IMG/VR virus record: IMGVR_UViG_3300008255_000099
Location: 119,412-183,411 of that record
Length of the DNA: 64,000 nucleotides
Source of the DNA: a virus
Reading direction: 5' to 3' (one strand)
The first letter of the stretch is position 1, and every line of letters begins with the position of its first letter. The position numbers and the translations under genes were made by a program. Shown one piece after another: positions 28,969 through 38,260 of the stretch. A model generated the notes under the pieces. That model made no database searches, was not told the origin of the DNA, and saw only the letters and a program-made list of their open reading frames with translations.

Positions 28969-29900
28969 ACATCTCTAACAACTCCTTTCCACAATCTTGT
29001 ACTAATTGTTTTGTTGCTTATAACTTCATTGTTCTTAATTGGATTCAAAGAAAAAACATCAACAAACTCGTAGTGACCATCTTCAGTTGGAATTGTTTTA
29101 ATATGTTTCTTTTTGCCTTCAATATATTTTCTATTTCTTTTTATTTCATTCCCGAAAATATCAACTGCAATCCCAGGTTTTTCATTGAGAATTTTTTTGT
29201 TCAATCTTTTTTTAGATCTGGGACATTCGGTCATAGCAATTGAATAACTATTTGGCATTCTAAATAGAACAACTATATTTCCTTTGCCATCTGAAGCAAT
29301 AAAAAATTTATCTTTATTTAAATTGAATTTTTTTGAAATAGTTTGAACTTTCCCATTTGCTTCATCTATTGTCTTTTCAAAAGAGACTGGTGAAAAATTT
29401 GTCTTCTTGTTTAAAAGTTCACATTTTTTGATGTATTCAATTGCTGAATTTTTGCTAATTCCACAGTTTTTCGAAATTGCTTCGTAACTCTGTGGCTCGC
29501 TTCTACTTGCGACAAACATAGAAAAAAGCAATGATCTTCTTGAAGTTTTGTCACAAGCGAGAAGGCCGATGGGGAGAAGAAAGATTTTCTTTTGGATATT
29601 CTTCAAATCAAAAACAGAACATAATTTTTTTGAGCCATAAAGAAAAATCTTATCATTTTTATTTTCCCAAAAAAAACTTTCTCCTTCACTTAAAATTCTA
29701 TAAATAGAGGATCTGCTTAAACCAAAAACTATTGATAGATATTGAATAAATAATTCTTTTGGGAAACATCCCGTTGCATTATTTTTTTCTTTGTCTATCC
29801 CTTTGATAAACAACCAAATTGAATAAACATCTATTTTTTTTAATTTAAATGCAGCTTGAATTAAATCAGAATGAACACGAATTGTCTTATTTTCAGACAT
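28965..29900 (-). CDS. double HTH DNA-binding protein (replication-initiator-like)
   Basis: LSIVFGLSRSSIYRIL and SYEAISKNCGISKNSAIEYIKK are two HTH-like motifs. Confidence 0.6.
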   Translation of the reverse strand: MSENKTIRVHSDLIQAAFKLKKIDVYSIWLFIKGIDKEKNNATGCFPKELFIQYLSIVFGLSRSSIYRILSEGESFFWENKNDKIFLYGSKKLCSVFDLKNIQKKIFLLPIGLLACDKTSRRSLLFSMFVASRSEPQSYEAISKNCGISKNSAIEYIKKCELLNKKTNFSPVSFEKTIDEANGKVQTISKKFNLNKDKFFIASDGKGNIVVLFRMPNSYSIAMTECPRSKKRLNKKILNEKPGIAVDIFGNEIKRNRKYIEGKKKHIKTIPTEDGHYEFVDVFSLNPIKNNEVISNKTISTRLWKGVVRDV

Positions 29901-30237
29901 TAACTAGATTATCCTCTTCTTGAATTGTGATTCCTAAATTGCTCAAAACTGCTTGTCTAACTAATCCTAATTTGTAAATTTCTAATGAAATTGCTTCGTT
30001 GATTAAATATTCAAATGCTTCTTGTTCTGAATATTCTAAAATTTCACATAAAAATACTTGTATTATTTTCAGTCTCATTAGTTGTGAACCTGATAACTTT
30101 AGGTCCAAACCAAAAGATTCAGTCCGATCCATGATCGAAGGATCGGACTGAATCTCACCGATTCTTTTCTCAATTTTATTTAGAGTCTTTTTTCTTAATT
30201 CTGGGTTTTTTGTAAATTCTTCTATCGTTCTTGCCAT
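29893..30237 (-). CDS. hypothetical protein
   Basis: ORF track 29893..30282; likely start MARTIEEF at 30237 with GGAGA RBS. Confidence 0.7.
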   Translation of the reverse strand: MARTIEEFTKNPELRKKTLNKIEKRIGEIQSDPSIMDRTESFGLDLKLSGSQLMRLKIIQVFLCEILEYSEQEAFEYLINEAISLEIYKLGLVRQAVLSNLGITIQEEDNLVNV

Positions 30238-30257
30238 AATTTCTCCAATTAAAATAA

Positions 30258-30482
30258 CTAGCCAAAGTTGACCCCTTGCCAAGTAGCCAAAGTTGTTTTT
30301 CTCGGCTTGGCATTTGGCTTTCGTTTCTTTGACATAACTTCAAATTCTGATTCTAAATCGGCGACTGCATCTTCTGCTGCTTTATGCCGCTGCTCCGAAA
30401 AAGCACCAGTTTCATAAGTTGTTACATCGCCGTCGAATTGAAACCAAACTTCACCAGCAGGTACAGTATATTCTTTTGCCAT
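30258..30482 (-). CDS. DUF2997-like small protein
   Basis: VWFQFDGDVTTYETGAF....HKAAEDAVADLESEFEV resembles the DUF2997 pattern; adjacent to a DUF1257-like gene. Confidence 0.55.
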   Translation of the reverse strand: MAKEYTVPAGEVWFQFDGDVTTYETGAFSEQRHKAAEDAVADLESEFEVMSKKRKPNAKPRKTTLATWQGVNFG

Positions 30483-30491
30483 CGTTTTACC

Positions 30492-30818
30492 TCACATTCC
30501 TGTCCGAACAATCAACGTCTCCCGCTGGGTCGCAGGATGCTTACCCTTTCTAACCATAAAACCTTTCTTTTTAGCCCATGCTTTAACAGTTGCTCTCGAA
30601 TACGCTTCTTTAATTTGATTAACTGTGGTCTCCAATCCTATAGTGTAAGTTATACTACCAGATGAATCAATTAAAATATCACCATACGACGTTGGGACGG
30701 TAATATAATTTTCGTTGTAATTAAAATTCATTCCCATATCTTGAAGAGCTTTTTTCAATCTCTCCAAGTTCTTTATCTGGCTTGTAATTCTCATTTCCGT
30801 TGTTACGTAACAAGGCAT
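30492..30818 (-). CDS. DUF1257/Ycf35-like protein
   Basis: MPCYVTTEMRITSQIKNLERLKKALQDMG...IKEAYSRATVKAWAKKKGFMV matches the Ycf35 pattern (I.D...L..AL..LG ... Y....V......GF.V). Confidence 0.7.
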   Translation of the reverse strand: MPCYVTTEMRITSQIKNLERLKKALQDMGMNFNYNENYITVPTSYGDILIDSSGSITYTIGLETTVNQIKEAYSRATVKAWAKKKGFMVRKGKHPATQRETLIVRTGM

Positions 30819-30850
30819 AGTTTTGGACCTCCTCGGGTTTCTGTCTCTAG

Positions 30851-30858
30851 ATTATACA
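30851..30858 (-). promoter_or_regulatory. putative -10 box (TGTATAAT) for DUF1257-DUF2997 unit
   Basis: TGTATAAT on minus strand, TTGTTG 16 nt upstream, GGAGG RBS downstream. Confidence 0.6.
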
Positions 30859-30893
30859 CCCCCGCATCACCTACAACAAGGTGGAAGAAAAAA

Positions 30894-31586
30894 TTAGTTT
30901 CTAATAAAAAAAATTGCTTTTTTGATGTGATTAAAAAATATATCCTGCTTTTCAGATTGTGACAAAGCCATCATTAATTGCCCTTTTGATAAATCTTCTG
31001 TTTTTATTTTAAAAGTTCTTCCTGGCCTAATACAAAAAGAAGGATGAAAAACTGGTAAATAGCAACATTCAAAATCTATTGCTGGAATTTTCCAAGTTAT
31101 CATCTTTCCAACCATTTCGGAAATCTTCTGATCTGATCCAAAAAGATACTTCAATGGTTTAGAACCACATCCTATAATTATTTTTGGTTTTATGATATCT
31201 ATTTCTTTTCTTAAATAAAACAAACAAACATTAATAATTGCACTAATATCTTCTTTTGAAGAATCTGGGAATTTATTATTTTCTGGACGACATCTAATAA
31301 CATTAGAAATATATAATTCTTCTCCAGTTATATTTGTTTGTTTTAAAGAACTTCTGAGTAAAGCCCCAGATCTTCCCACAAATGGTTTGCCCTCTATTAC
31401 TTCTTGTGCCCCAGGCGCTTCACCAATAATCATCACTTTGGCTTTTGATGAACCAATCCCAGGGACAGGACAACCATATTCTTTTGTATTATTCTTTAAA
31501 GATAGTTGTTTATTTAACCCAGATAACTTGCATTTTTCACATTTAAGTATAGAACTTTTTATTTCATCTATTTGCGTATTATTCAT
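30894..31586 (-). CDS. udg: uracil-DNA glycosylase family 4 (Fe-S)
   Basis: CEKCKL; VMIIGEAPGAQEVIEGKPFVGRSG; SNVIRCRP; VFHPS. Confidence 0.92.
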   Translation of the reverse strand: MNNTQIDEIKSSILKCEKCKLSGLNKQLSLKNNTKEYGCPVPGIGSSKAKVMIIGEAPGAQEVIEGKPFVGRSGALLRSSLKQTNITGEELYISNVIRCRPENNKFPDSSKEDISAIINVCLFYLRKEIDIIKPKIIIGCGSKPLKYLFGSDQKISEMVGKMITWKIPAIDFECCYLPVFHPSFCIRPGRTFKIKTEDLSKGQLMMALSQSEKQDIFFNHIKKAIFFIRN

Positions 31587-32262
31587 TACTTCCTTCTATC
31601 TTTAGCAATTCTGGCAAATTGTTAAACAAATCAGTTAATTCTGATTTATTTTGTTCTTCTATATACAAATCCAACCTTTTATAAATGGAAATTATCTTAT
31701 CAATAGATTGTTTGTTTTTTATGTTCTTTCTTAAAAAATCTCCACATAATTTACTTATGATGATATTTATTGTATCCACATCCATTCCAAGGATTAAAAA
31801 TTCATCTTTTTTATTATTTTGATCTTTATAAAATTTTTGTGTTTCATATTCTAATTTCGATTGTGTTGATTCTTGTTTTAGTCCACCTATTTCTGCTAGA
31901 ATTAAGATAGATTCCTTGAAGCTATTTGTTTTAGCTATTTTTTCAACAAAATTCAGAGCATTTCCACCTTCTGATTCGGCGAAACAATACCACAATCCCT
32001 TTGAAAAATTAGCATAAAGATTTGGTGTTGATGTGTCTTGGTGAAATGGGCAAAAATATATTTTTTCTCCATTTGGCAACTCCAATTGACAGTCCATTTG
32101 ATAATAATCAAAAACTGTTTCTAGTTTAACACTTTCTATTACAATTTCTGCAAATTCTTTTGAAAAAATAACTTCATCTTTTTTATCGTCTATTTTTTCG
32201 TTAAAGTTTTGTGAGCATTTTTTTATAATAGCAGAAAATTTATTGTAAATCATCTTCGACAC
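31579..32262 (-). CDS. stand-alone primase CHC2 zinc-binding domain protein
   Basis: CPFHQDTSTPNL....GLWYCFAESEGGNALNFVEKI. Confidence 0.85.
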   Translation of the reverse strand: MSKMIYNKFSAIIKKCSQNFNEKIDDKKDEVIFSKEFAEIVIESVKLETVFDYYQMDCQLELPNGEKIYFCPFHQDTSTPNLYANFSKGLWYCFAESEGGNALNFVEKIAKTNSFKESILILAEIGGLKQESTQSKLEYETQKFYKDQNNKKDEFLILGMDVDTINIIISKLCGDFLRKNIKNKQSIDKIISIYKRLDLYIEEQNKSELTDLFNNLPELLKIEGSNE

Positions 32263-33784
32263 CTACATCTACTGGAAGAACAACTTCTTCCAGTTCTTTT
32301 TCAATTTTTGTTGTCATTTCATTATAAACAGATGCCATTTCCGAGGTATCTCGTTTTCCTCCGAATGCAGTTACTGCTTTTTGATTTTTTTCAATTGGAA
32401 CAATCTTACAGATTTCAGGATCATATGCTAAAAAGAAATTTTCAAAGAAGAAATCTCTAGCTTTAATGCAGTGTAGCCACATCAACAAATGTGGTGAAGG
32501 TTCTGAAACTTCCTGTGGAGACAGGCCAACAACAATATCAGCATAATCCATTGTCTTTTTGGAATCAGCAATCATTTCACCATACCACTTAAAATTCTCT
32601 ATGTCATTGCTTTCTTGTTTCTTTCTACTAGCTTTTAATCCTTCTCTATTTATCTGCTGTGCTGTAACCATCGGGATTTCATAGACTCTTGCCATTCTTC
32701 TCAATTCTCTTGTGGCTTTTGCTATTTTTTCATAATCTTTACCATCCTGCACACCACTCTCTTGAACCATATTCCCAAGATAATCAACGAATATAACATC
32801 TGGCTTATTTCCAGAAGAAATTAAGTTTTTAATATGAAATTCTATCTCTTCTGAACTACAATTATCTGGCTGATCAATAAAATAAAAATAAGAATCACTT
32901 TCTTTTTCTTGTCTATCAAGAAATCTTTTCCAGATTTTATCTTGATTTTCATTTAGACTAAAATTCTTAAAGTTAGCATATGGAACCCCCGTATTTAACG
33001 AATAATATCTAGCCATACACTGCCACAAAGGCATTTCGAATGAAAAGAATAAAACATTCTTGTTTTCTTTGTGTGCATTTGATGCACAATTCAACAAAAC
33101 CGTTGACTTACCTTTCCCTGCTTCTCCTAAAAACACAACTAATTGTCCAGATTTAATTCCACCAGATGCTTCATCAAGTTCTGGGATACCAAATTTTATA
33201 GTCCCTAATCTTTTAATCCTTTTTTCTTCTGCTTCCCAAAATTCAATAGCAGAATCTTTATCTGCCCCAACATCTAAAATCTTTGTCGGGATACCCTCCA
33301 CAAAATGTGATGATTCTATTTCATACCAAAAATCTTTAGATTTTTTCGTTGCCTCATATGCATCTAAATTTGTAAACCAATCTTTCATTTTAGAGGGAAA
33401 TTCAAAAGATTTTCTTTTCAAAGATCTCATCTTTAATTCTTCAATTAAATATTCAAAATTACTATTTTTTGTGTTCTGGGACATAACCTTGGCAAAAGAA
33501 GTATTTAAACCAATTAATCTTTCTTGATCTAATTGTCTTTTGTTTAATTCGTTCTGAAATGCTTCTTGGGTTATGCTGGAATTGAATTTATAATAGAATT
33601 CAACAATAATTTTATAAATCCCAGAATAAAATGGGAATCTTGATTCTTCTGGAATAAAACAAAAATGTTTATAATTAAGCGCTTTATTAACAGCTTGTCT
33701 AAGATTGTTCTCGTCTTCAAGAACAAAAGAAAGTATTTTTATTTCTAATTCTTCTTGTGGAATTACATCTTCTGATATGTTCAT
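32240..33784 (-). CDS. dnaB: replicative DnaB-like helicase
   Basis: GQLVVFLGEAGKGKS; FFSFEM; VIFVDYLG; PMVTAQQINR; IADSKKTMDYAD. Confidence 0.93.
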   Translation of the reverse strand: MNISEDVIPQEELEIKILSFVLEDENNLRQAVNKALNYKHFCFIPEESRFPFYSGIYKIIVEFYYKFNSSITQEAFQNELNKRQLDQERLIGLNTSFAKVMSQNTKNSNFEYLIEELKMRSLKRKSFEFPSKMKDWFTNLDAYEATKKSKDFWYEIESSHFVEGIPTKILDVGADKDSAIEFWEAEEKRIKRLGTIKFGIPELDEASGGIKSGQLVVFLGEAGKGKSTVLLNCASNAHKENKNVLFFSFEMPLWQCMARYYSLNTGVPYANFKNFSLNENQDKIWKRFLDRQEKESDSYFYFIDQPDNCSSEEIEFHIKNLISSGNKPDVIFVDYLGNMVQESGVQDGKDYEKIAKATRELRRMARVYEIPMVTAQQINREGLKASRKKQESNDIENFKWYGEMIADSKKTMDYADIVVGLSPQEVSEPSPHLLMWLHCIKARDFFFENFFLAYDPEICKIVPIEKNQKAVTAFGGKRDTSEMASVYNEMTTKIEKELEEVVLPVDVGVEDDLQ

Positions 33785-33796
33785 TTTATCTCCTAA

Positions 33797-34540
33797 CTAA
33801 TATGTCTTTGGCTCAAAGGTTGTATCACCTTGGGGTAAATATATAAAAATAGATTCCTGAATAAACCTTTGAGTAACAGGCCCGAACATATTTATTAATT
33901 CTGAATAGCTATTGGTCGTTGTAAAAATAGTTACTTTTCCATGAGTGCTCCTATATTCCATCATTGCTTCAAATTTTCTCTTAAAAGCATTTGTAGGATC
34001 ATAGTTTTTGTTATTAATTCCATCAATAGTAACAATCTGTTTGTTTTTAAACAAACTCTCTATTTCTTGTGTTTCTGAAATACTATTTGGATCTAGATGG
34101 TATTTCATAAAACCATCTAGGATGTAATACCAAGAAAAGAAAAAGGAACTATTTAAATTTATTGACGCAGCTTCTTTTGTCACAGCAGAAGCAAGTAGCG
34201 TTTTACCGGAAGATTTACCACCACAAAATATGATATTAAAGACATTGATGTTATCGTTATTACTATTTTTTATTGTAATAATTTCACCATTTAAAATTTT
34301 GTTTAAGTTGTCTATGTATTGAATAACAAAATCTTTTGCTTTTGTCTTCATGTTCCTATCTACTATGCTTAATTCATTACCATAAGCATCTTGTCGAATA
34401 TTAAAATCTTCTATTGTATATCCCCAATATTCATGTGGTATATTGATTGTTTTATATTTTGATTCAATATAATGATCATAAATTTCATCATTAAAAATTG
34501 CTTCTCCATTCTCATTAATTACAAATGGTTTTTTGTCCAT
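33797..34540 (-). CDS. DnaC/IstB-like helicase loader ATPase
   Basis: NIPHEYWGYTIEDF; IIFCGGKSSGKTLLA; MEYRSTHGKVTIFTTTN; directly upstream of dnaB. Confidence 0.8.
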   Translation of the reverse strand: MDKKPFVINENGEAIFNDEIYDHYIESKYKTINIPHEYWGYTIEDFNIRQDAYGNELSIVDRNMKTKAKDFVIQYIDNLNKILNGEIITIKNSNNDNINVFNIIFCGGKSSGKTLLASAVTKEAASINLNSSFFFSWYYILDGFMKYHLDPNSISETQEIESLFKNKQIVTIDGINNKNYDPTNAFKRKFEAMMEYRSTHGKVTIFTTTNSYSELINMFGPVTQRFIQESIFIYLPQGDTTFEPKTY

Positions 34541-34562
34541 AATTTTATACTCCTATCAGAAT

Positions 34563-34617
34563 CAACAAGGCCATCCGTTGCTCCAATTATACACGAGAGC
34601 AACGGGTGGCCTTGTTG
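34563..34617 (-). promoter_or_regulatory. 21-bp inverted repeat enclosing a TGTATAAT -10 box
   Basis: CAACAAGGCCATCCGTTGCTC / GAGCAACGGGTGGCCTTGTTG (one wobble) around a 13-nt loop containing ATTATACA. Confidence 0.75.
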
Positions 34618-34632
34618 GAAAAATAAATTAGA

Positions 34633-36375
34633 TTATTGAGTCATCAACCCATCAACAATTTCTTCTTCCCCGCTTTTTTCTGGCGCATCATTGAAGTCAA
34701 GATCGTCCCCAATACTACGACCTTTGTCTTCGTCCTCGTCGTCTCTTCTCGTCTCGTTAGAGCCAGAAGTAGCGTATCTGGCTCTTTTCTTTGCCCACTC
34801 ACGCAGAGTTTCAATGTCTTCTTTCATGGTTTTAGACAAAGGAATTGTTGCATTCAAAGCTACCATGATATCATCTGTGTTAAATTCTCTTTCTTCCGAA
34901 AATGCTTTAAACATACCTTCGATAATCGCCTGTTCAATTTCAGCCCCGGTATGCCCCAGGGAAGATTCTGCAAGAGCAGCAATATCATAGACTTTTGGAT
35001 CCCTTTTTCGCTTTTGAATATGGATATCAAAAATAGACATTCTCTCTTCTTTGTTCGGCAAATCAACGAAGAAGATTTCGTCGAATCTACCTTTTCTCAA
35101 TAATTCCGGCGGCAGGCCAGAGATGTTGTTTGCCGTAGCAACAACAAAGACTGGTTGAGTCTTTTCGTTCATCCACGTCAAAAACGACCCGAAGACACGA
35201 GCGGCCGTGCCGGCGTCGGAGCGATCTGACGATTTTGTGCCCGCCATGCCTTTTTCAATTTCATCAATCCACAAAACACATGGGGCAACAGCTTCAACAA
35301 TTCGCTGCACCTCACGCATATTTGCTTCTGATTGACCAACAATCCCACCGAAAACACGCCCAACATCAAACCGCAGCAACGGCATTTGATAGAGAGCGCT
35401 GGCGGCTTTTGCCGTCAAGCTCTTACCACAACCCTGAATCCCCACGAGAAGGACCCCCTTGGGGTTGGGCAACCCATATTCCCTTGCCCGATCAGAGAAG
35501 GCTTGTTTTCTTAACGTCAACCAATCCTTCATTTCGTCCAAGCCGCCAATTTGTTCGACGCCACCTTCCATTTTAACAAATTCGACCAACCCAGATTTCC
35601 TAATTTGCTCTTCTTTAGCTGCAATAATCTTTTCAACTGACAAGCGATTATTGCGGACTATTTGATAGGCCAACACTGCTTTAAATTCACATTCTGTAAG
35701 TCCCAAAGATCCATTAAGAATTGTTTCTTTTTCAACAGGATCAATTTCATCTTGGATATCTTTATTCTCAAGCTTACCTTGTTTCTTACGATTTTTTACA
35801 GATTCTAACAAATTATCAATAATATTCGACAACAAATTTTTATCTGGCAACGGGAAATCAATAATTTGTACAACTTTATTCAGATCCGTCGGAATCTTTT
35901 GATCTGAAGAAACAATAAATAAGCATTTTCTTTGCAAAGAATTCGCAAAGTTTTTGATTCTCCTGATAATTGCGATAGCGCCAGGATCTTCATAGTTCCC
36001 CTGACCGCTTGAACCCCAAAACTTGTGGAAATCGTTCATAACGAAAATTCCACCTTCTTGCTCCTGGGAATATTGAATTGAATCTATAAACTCAATGGCA
36101 GAAATCGGATCGACATAATCAGAAGGGTCTGTAATTTTGTTTGAGGATTTCGGATATTCTTGGTACAATCCATTAGCACAATCCCAAAAAAACAACTCTG
36201 TTTTTCTTGATCTTGCAATTTCAATCATTGCCTCTTTCACACGAGATTCTTCCCAAGAAATAATCATTGAAACTGGACGCCGAGCCTTAACAGTTGAAAC
36301 AATACATTGATATGCTTCCAACTCCTGTTCGGATTTGAGCCCATCAAACAGTTCTTGTTCGGTCTTTTCGGACAT
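34633..36375 (-). CDS. ycf46: Ycf46-like AAA+ ATPase (degenerate N-terminal AAA plus active C-terminal AAA)
   Basis: N-domain ISWEESRV..FFWD..IFVMNDFHKF; QIGGLDEMKDWL; PKGVLLVGIQGCGKSLTAK; LWIDEIEKG; TANNISGLPPELLRKGRFDEIFFVDLP; ATG 36375 preferred (GAGGTGG RBS) over GTG 36387. Confidence 0.9.
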   Translation of the reverse strand: MSEKTEQELFDGLKSEQELEAYQCIVSTVKARRPVSMIISWEESRVKEAMIEIARSRKTELFFWDCANGLYQEYPKSSNKITDPSDYVDPISAIEFIDSIQYSQEQEGGIFVMNDFHKFWGSSGQGNYEDPGAIAIIRRIKNFANSLQRKCLFIVSSDQKIPTDLNKVVQIIDFPLPDKNLLSNIIDNLLESVKNRKKQGKLENKDIQDEIDPVEKETILNGSLGLTECEFKAVLAYQIVRNNRLSVEKIIAAKEEQIRKSGLVEFVKMEGGVEQIGGLDEMKDWLTLRKQAFSDRAREYGLPNPKGVLLVGIQGCGKSLTAKAASALYQMPLLRFDVGRVFGGIVGQSEANMREVQRIVEAVAPCVLWIDEIEKGMAGTKSSDRSDAGTAARVFGSFLTWMNEKTQPVFVVATANNISGLPPELLRKGRFDEIFFVDLPNKEERMSIFDIHIQKRKRDPKVYDIAALAESSLGHTGAEIEQAIIEGMFKAFSEEREFNTDDIMVALNATIPLSKTMKEDIETLREWAKKRARYATSGSNETRRDDEDEDKGRSIGDDLDFNDAPEKSGEEEIVDGLMTQ

Positions 36376-36459
36376 CTTGTTTGCCACCTCTTACTTGGGA
36401 TACCGCCGGGGGCCGGTTCGCCGGCACCACCTCTATATAGTACACCAAAGCCAAACACC

Positions 36460-37320
36460 TCAACCAGTGGAACATTTTTGTTTATTTTTTATGATTTGAT
36501 TATAGTGCTCTGGTGCAGTTCCAGAATAATCATTATTTCTCCACCAAGATTCATGCTTCGATTCGCAAGAGGTTATAATCTGATCAAAAATTTCTCTCCA
36601 ATATAGAATCAGAAAATCATCTGGATAAGGACTCATATTAATGCTCTTTTTTATAATTTTGTTAACATCAATTATTTTTCCAGCTTTAACAAGGCCATTC
36701 ATTCGATTAAAAACTAAACTTATAATTTCTTCTTCTGTTTTATTAGCAAAATTAAATAAATAAGTCGCAGAGATTGGGATCCCATAATTTGACAAAAAAT
36801 CCACAAGCGTCATATTCTCTGAGATTAATTTAGCCTTTAAATTATTTAAGAATTCAGCGTCGTTTATTTCTAGAACAGAATTATCTACGGAACTTGAATT
36901 TTCTGAAAGGAAGATGTTGATGTATTTCTTTAAATCAGGGATTAAAAATGTCAATGATGTTTTTAATACCATTTCTTTATTTTTAACACACCAATCAATT
37001 AAATCTTTTAGGACAACCTTTGAATTATGACCAGATTTTGAAATTGAAGATCTTAATTCTTTTATTGTTATTTTATCAGCACCCCAATTTTTAATAATAT
37101 ACTCATTACCAAAAATTTTCTTAAAAGCTTGACCAAAATAGATAATAAAATCTTTATCATTCCATTCCTCTAATGGTTTGATACTGTTTTTATTTTGTGC
37201 TATTTTCCATTTAGAAATTTTTTCATTATTCTTATTCTTTTCATTTGAATCTAATGAGATAGCTCTAATTAGAGATTCTATTTCATTATTTTCTGTCTTT
37301 TTGTTAGTCATTTGTTTCAT
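36460..37320 (-). CDS. hypothetical protein
   Basis: 286 aa ORF coupled to the sbcC C-terminal gene. Confidence 0.75.
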   Translation of the reverse strand: MKQMTNKKTENNEIESLIRAISLDSNEKNKNNEKISKWKIAQNKNSIKPLEEWNDKDFIIYFGQAFKKIFGNEYIIKNWGADKITIKELRSSISKSGHNSKVVLKDLIDWCVKNKEMVLKTSLTFLIPDLKKYINIFLSENSSSVDNSVLEINDAEFLNNLKAKLISENMTLVDFLSNYGIPISATYLFNFANKTEEEIISLVFNRMNGLVKAGKIIDVNKIIKKSINMSPYPDDFLILYWREIFDQIITSCESKHESWWRNNDYSGTAPEHYNQIIKNKQKCSTG

Positions 37321-38014
37321 TTACAATCTCCGTCATAGTTTGATCCAGTTCCTCAATGGTTGTTTTATCATTTCTTATTTTAAGCTGAAAAACCTTGTCA
37401 ACATTATTTATTAATTCATCAGAATGTGTGGTAAATATCAATTGTCTACCATCACCTTCTGCCCCTTTTCCGTCAGGGTTTAAAGTCGCTCGCAAGACAT
37501 CGGAACACCCTGGTAAACGATTTTTATCTAGATGTTTAAAAGTCTCGTCGGCCATCAACGGACCTTCTATTCTTGGGGATGTTATTTCAATCATGGAAAT
37601 TGCCAAGCACATAGATACTACATCAATCAAACCACCTCCTCGGTGTTCAAGTTTTGTTGTCGAATCTATCCCTGGCAAATCAACAAACATAGGATTTGTG
37701 ACCCTTATCTCTGCGTGTGATGAATTTCTTTTTTCAGAATAATCTATTCTAACTTCATAACCTTCACCAAAAGTACTTTTGAGCCCAATTGTCCCTATTT
37801 CTTCAACAATAGTTTTTGAACGAAGCTTTCCTTGCTCAAGGTATTCAAAACATAAATTTCTTGCCTTCTCCGTTAATTTTCTTTTGGTAAGTGTTTTTTC
37901 GAATTCTATTTTTTCCTTTTCTATTTGCTTTTGGATGTTGTTTCTTTTTTCTTGTTTAATAATCAACTCTTGAAGTTGGTTGGTTACCTTTTTTTCTAAA
38001 TCATCAATTGTCAT
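37304..38014 (-). CDS. sbcC: SbcC/Rad50 ATPase, C-terminal half
   Basis: Coiled coil, then signature RGGGLIDVVS, Walker B LMADETFKHLD, H-loop LIFTTH. Confidence 0.87.
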   Translation of the reverse strand: MTIDDLEKKVTNQLQELIIKQEKRNNIQKQIEKEKIEFEKTLTKRKLTEKARNLCFEYLEQGKLRSKTIVEEIGTIGLKSTFGEGYEVRIDYSEKRNSSHAEIRVTNPMFVDLPGIDSTTKLEHRGGGLIDVVSMCLAISMIEITSPRIEGPLMADETFKHLDKNRLPGCSDVLRATLNPDGKGAEGDGRQLIFTTHSDELINNVDKVFQLKIRNDKTTIEELDQTMTEIVNETND

Positions 38015-38249
38015 TTAATTTTCTTTCTACTTCTTGGATCTTCTCTTCAAGTTCACTTTCCATCTCTGGAATTTTATCTTTAAGAATTTTTATTGAACAA
38101 TTAAACTTCTCTTCACATTCTTTCATTAATTCATCTTTTTGATTTTCTATTTGAAAATATTCTCCTTGTAATCTTGCTATTTTACTTTGAGAATCTTCAA
38201 TCATTGTTTTAAGTTCTTCTGTCTTTTTCAACATCTCTTCATAATCCAT
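38004..38249 (-). CDS. small coiled-coil protein
   Basis: 81 aa heptad-rich ORF between sbcD and sbcC-C. Confidence 0.75.
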   Translation of the reverse strand: MDYEEMLKKTEELKTMIEDSQSKIARLQGEYFQIENQKDELMKECEEKFNCSIKILKDKIPEMESELEEKIQEVERKLNDN

Positions 38250-38260
38250 TAAAATCTCCT

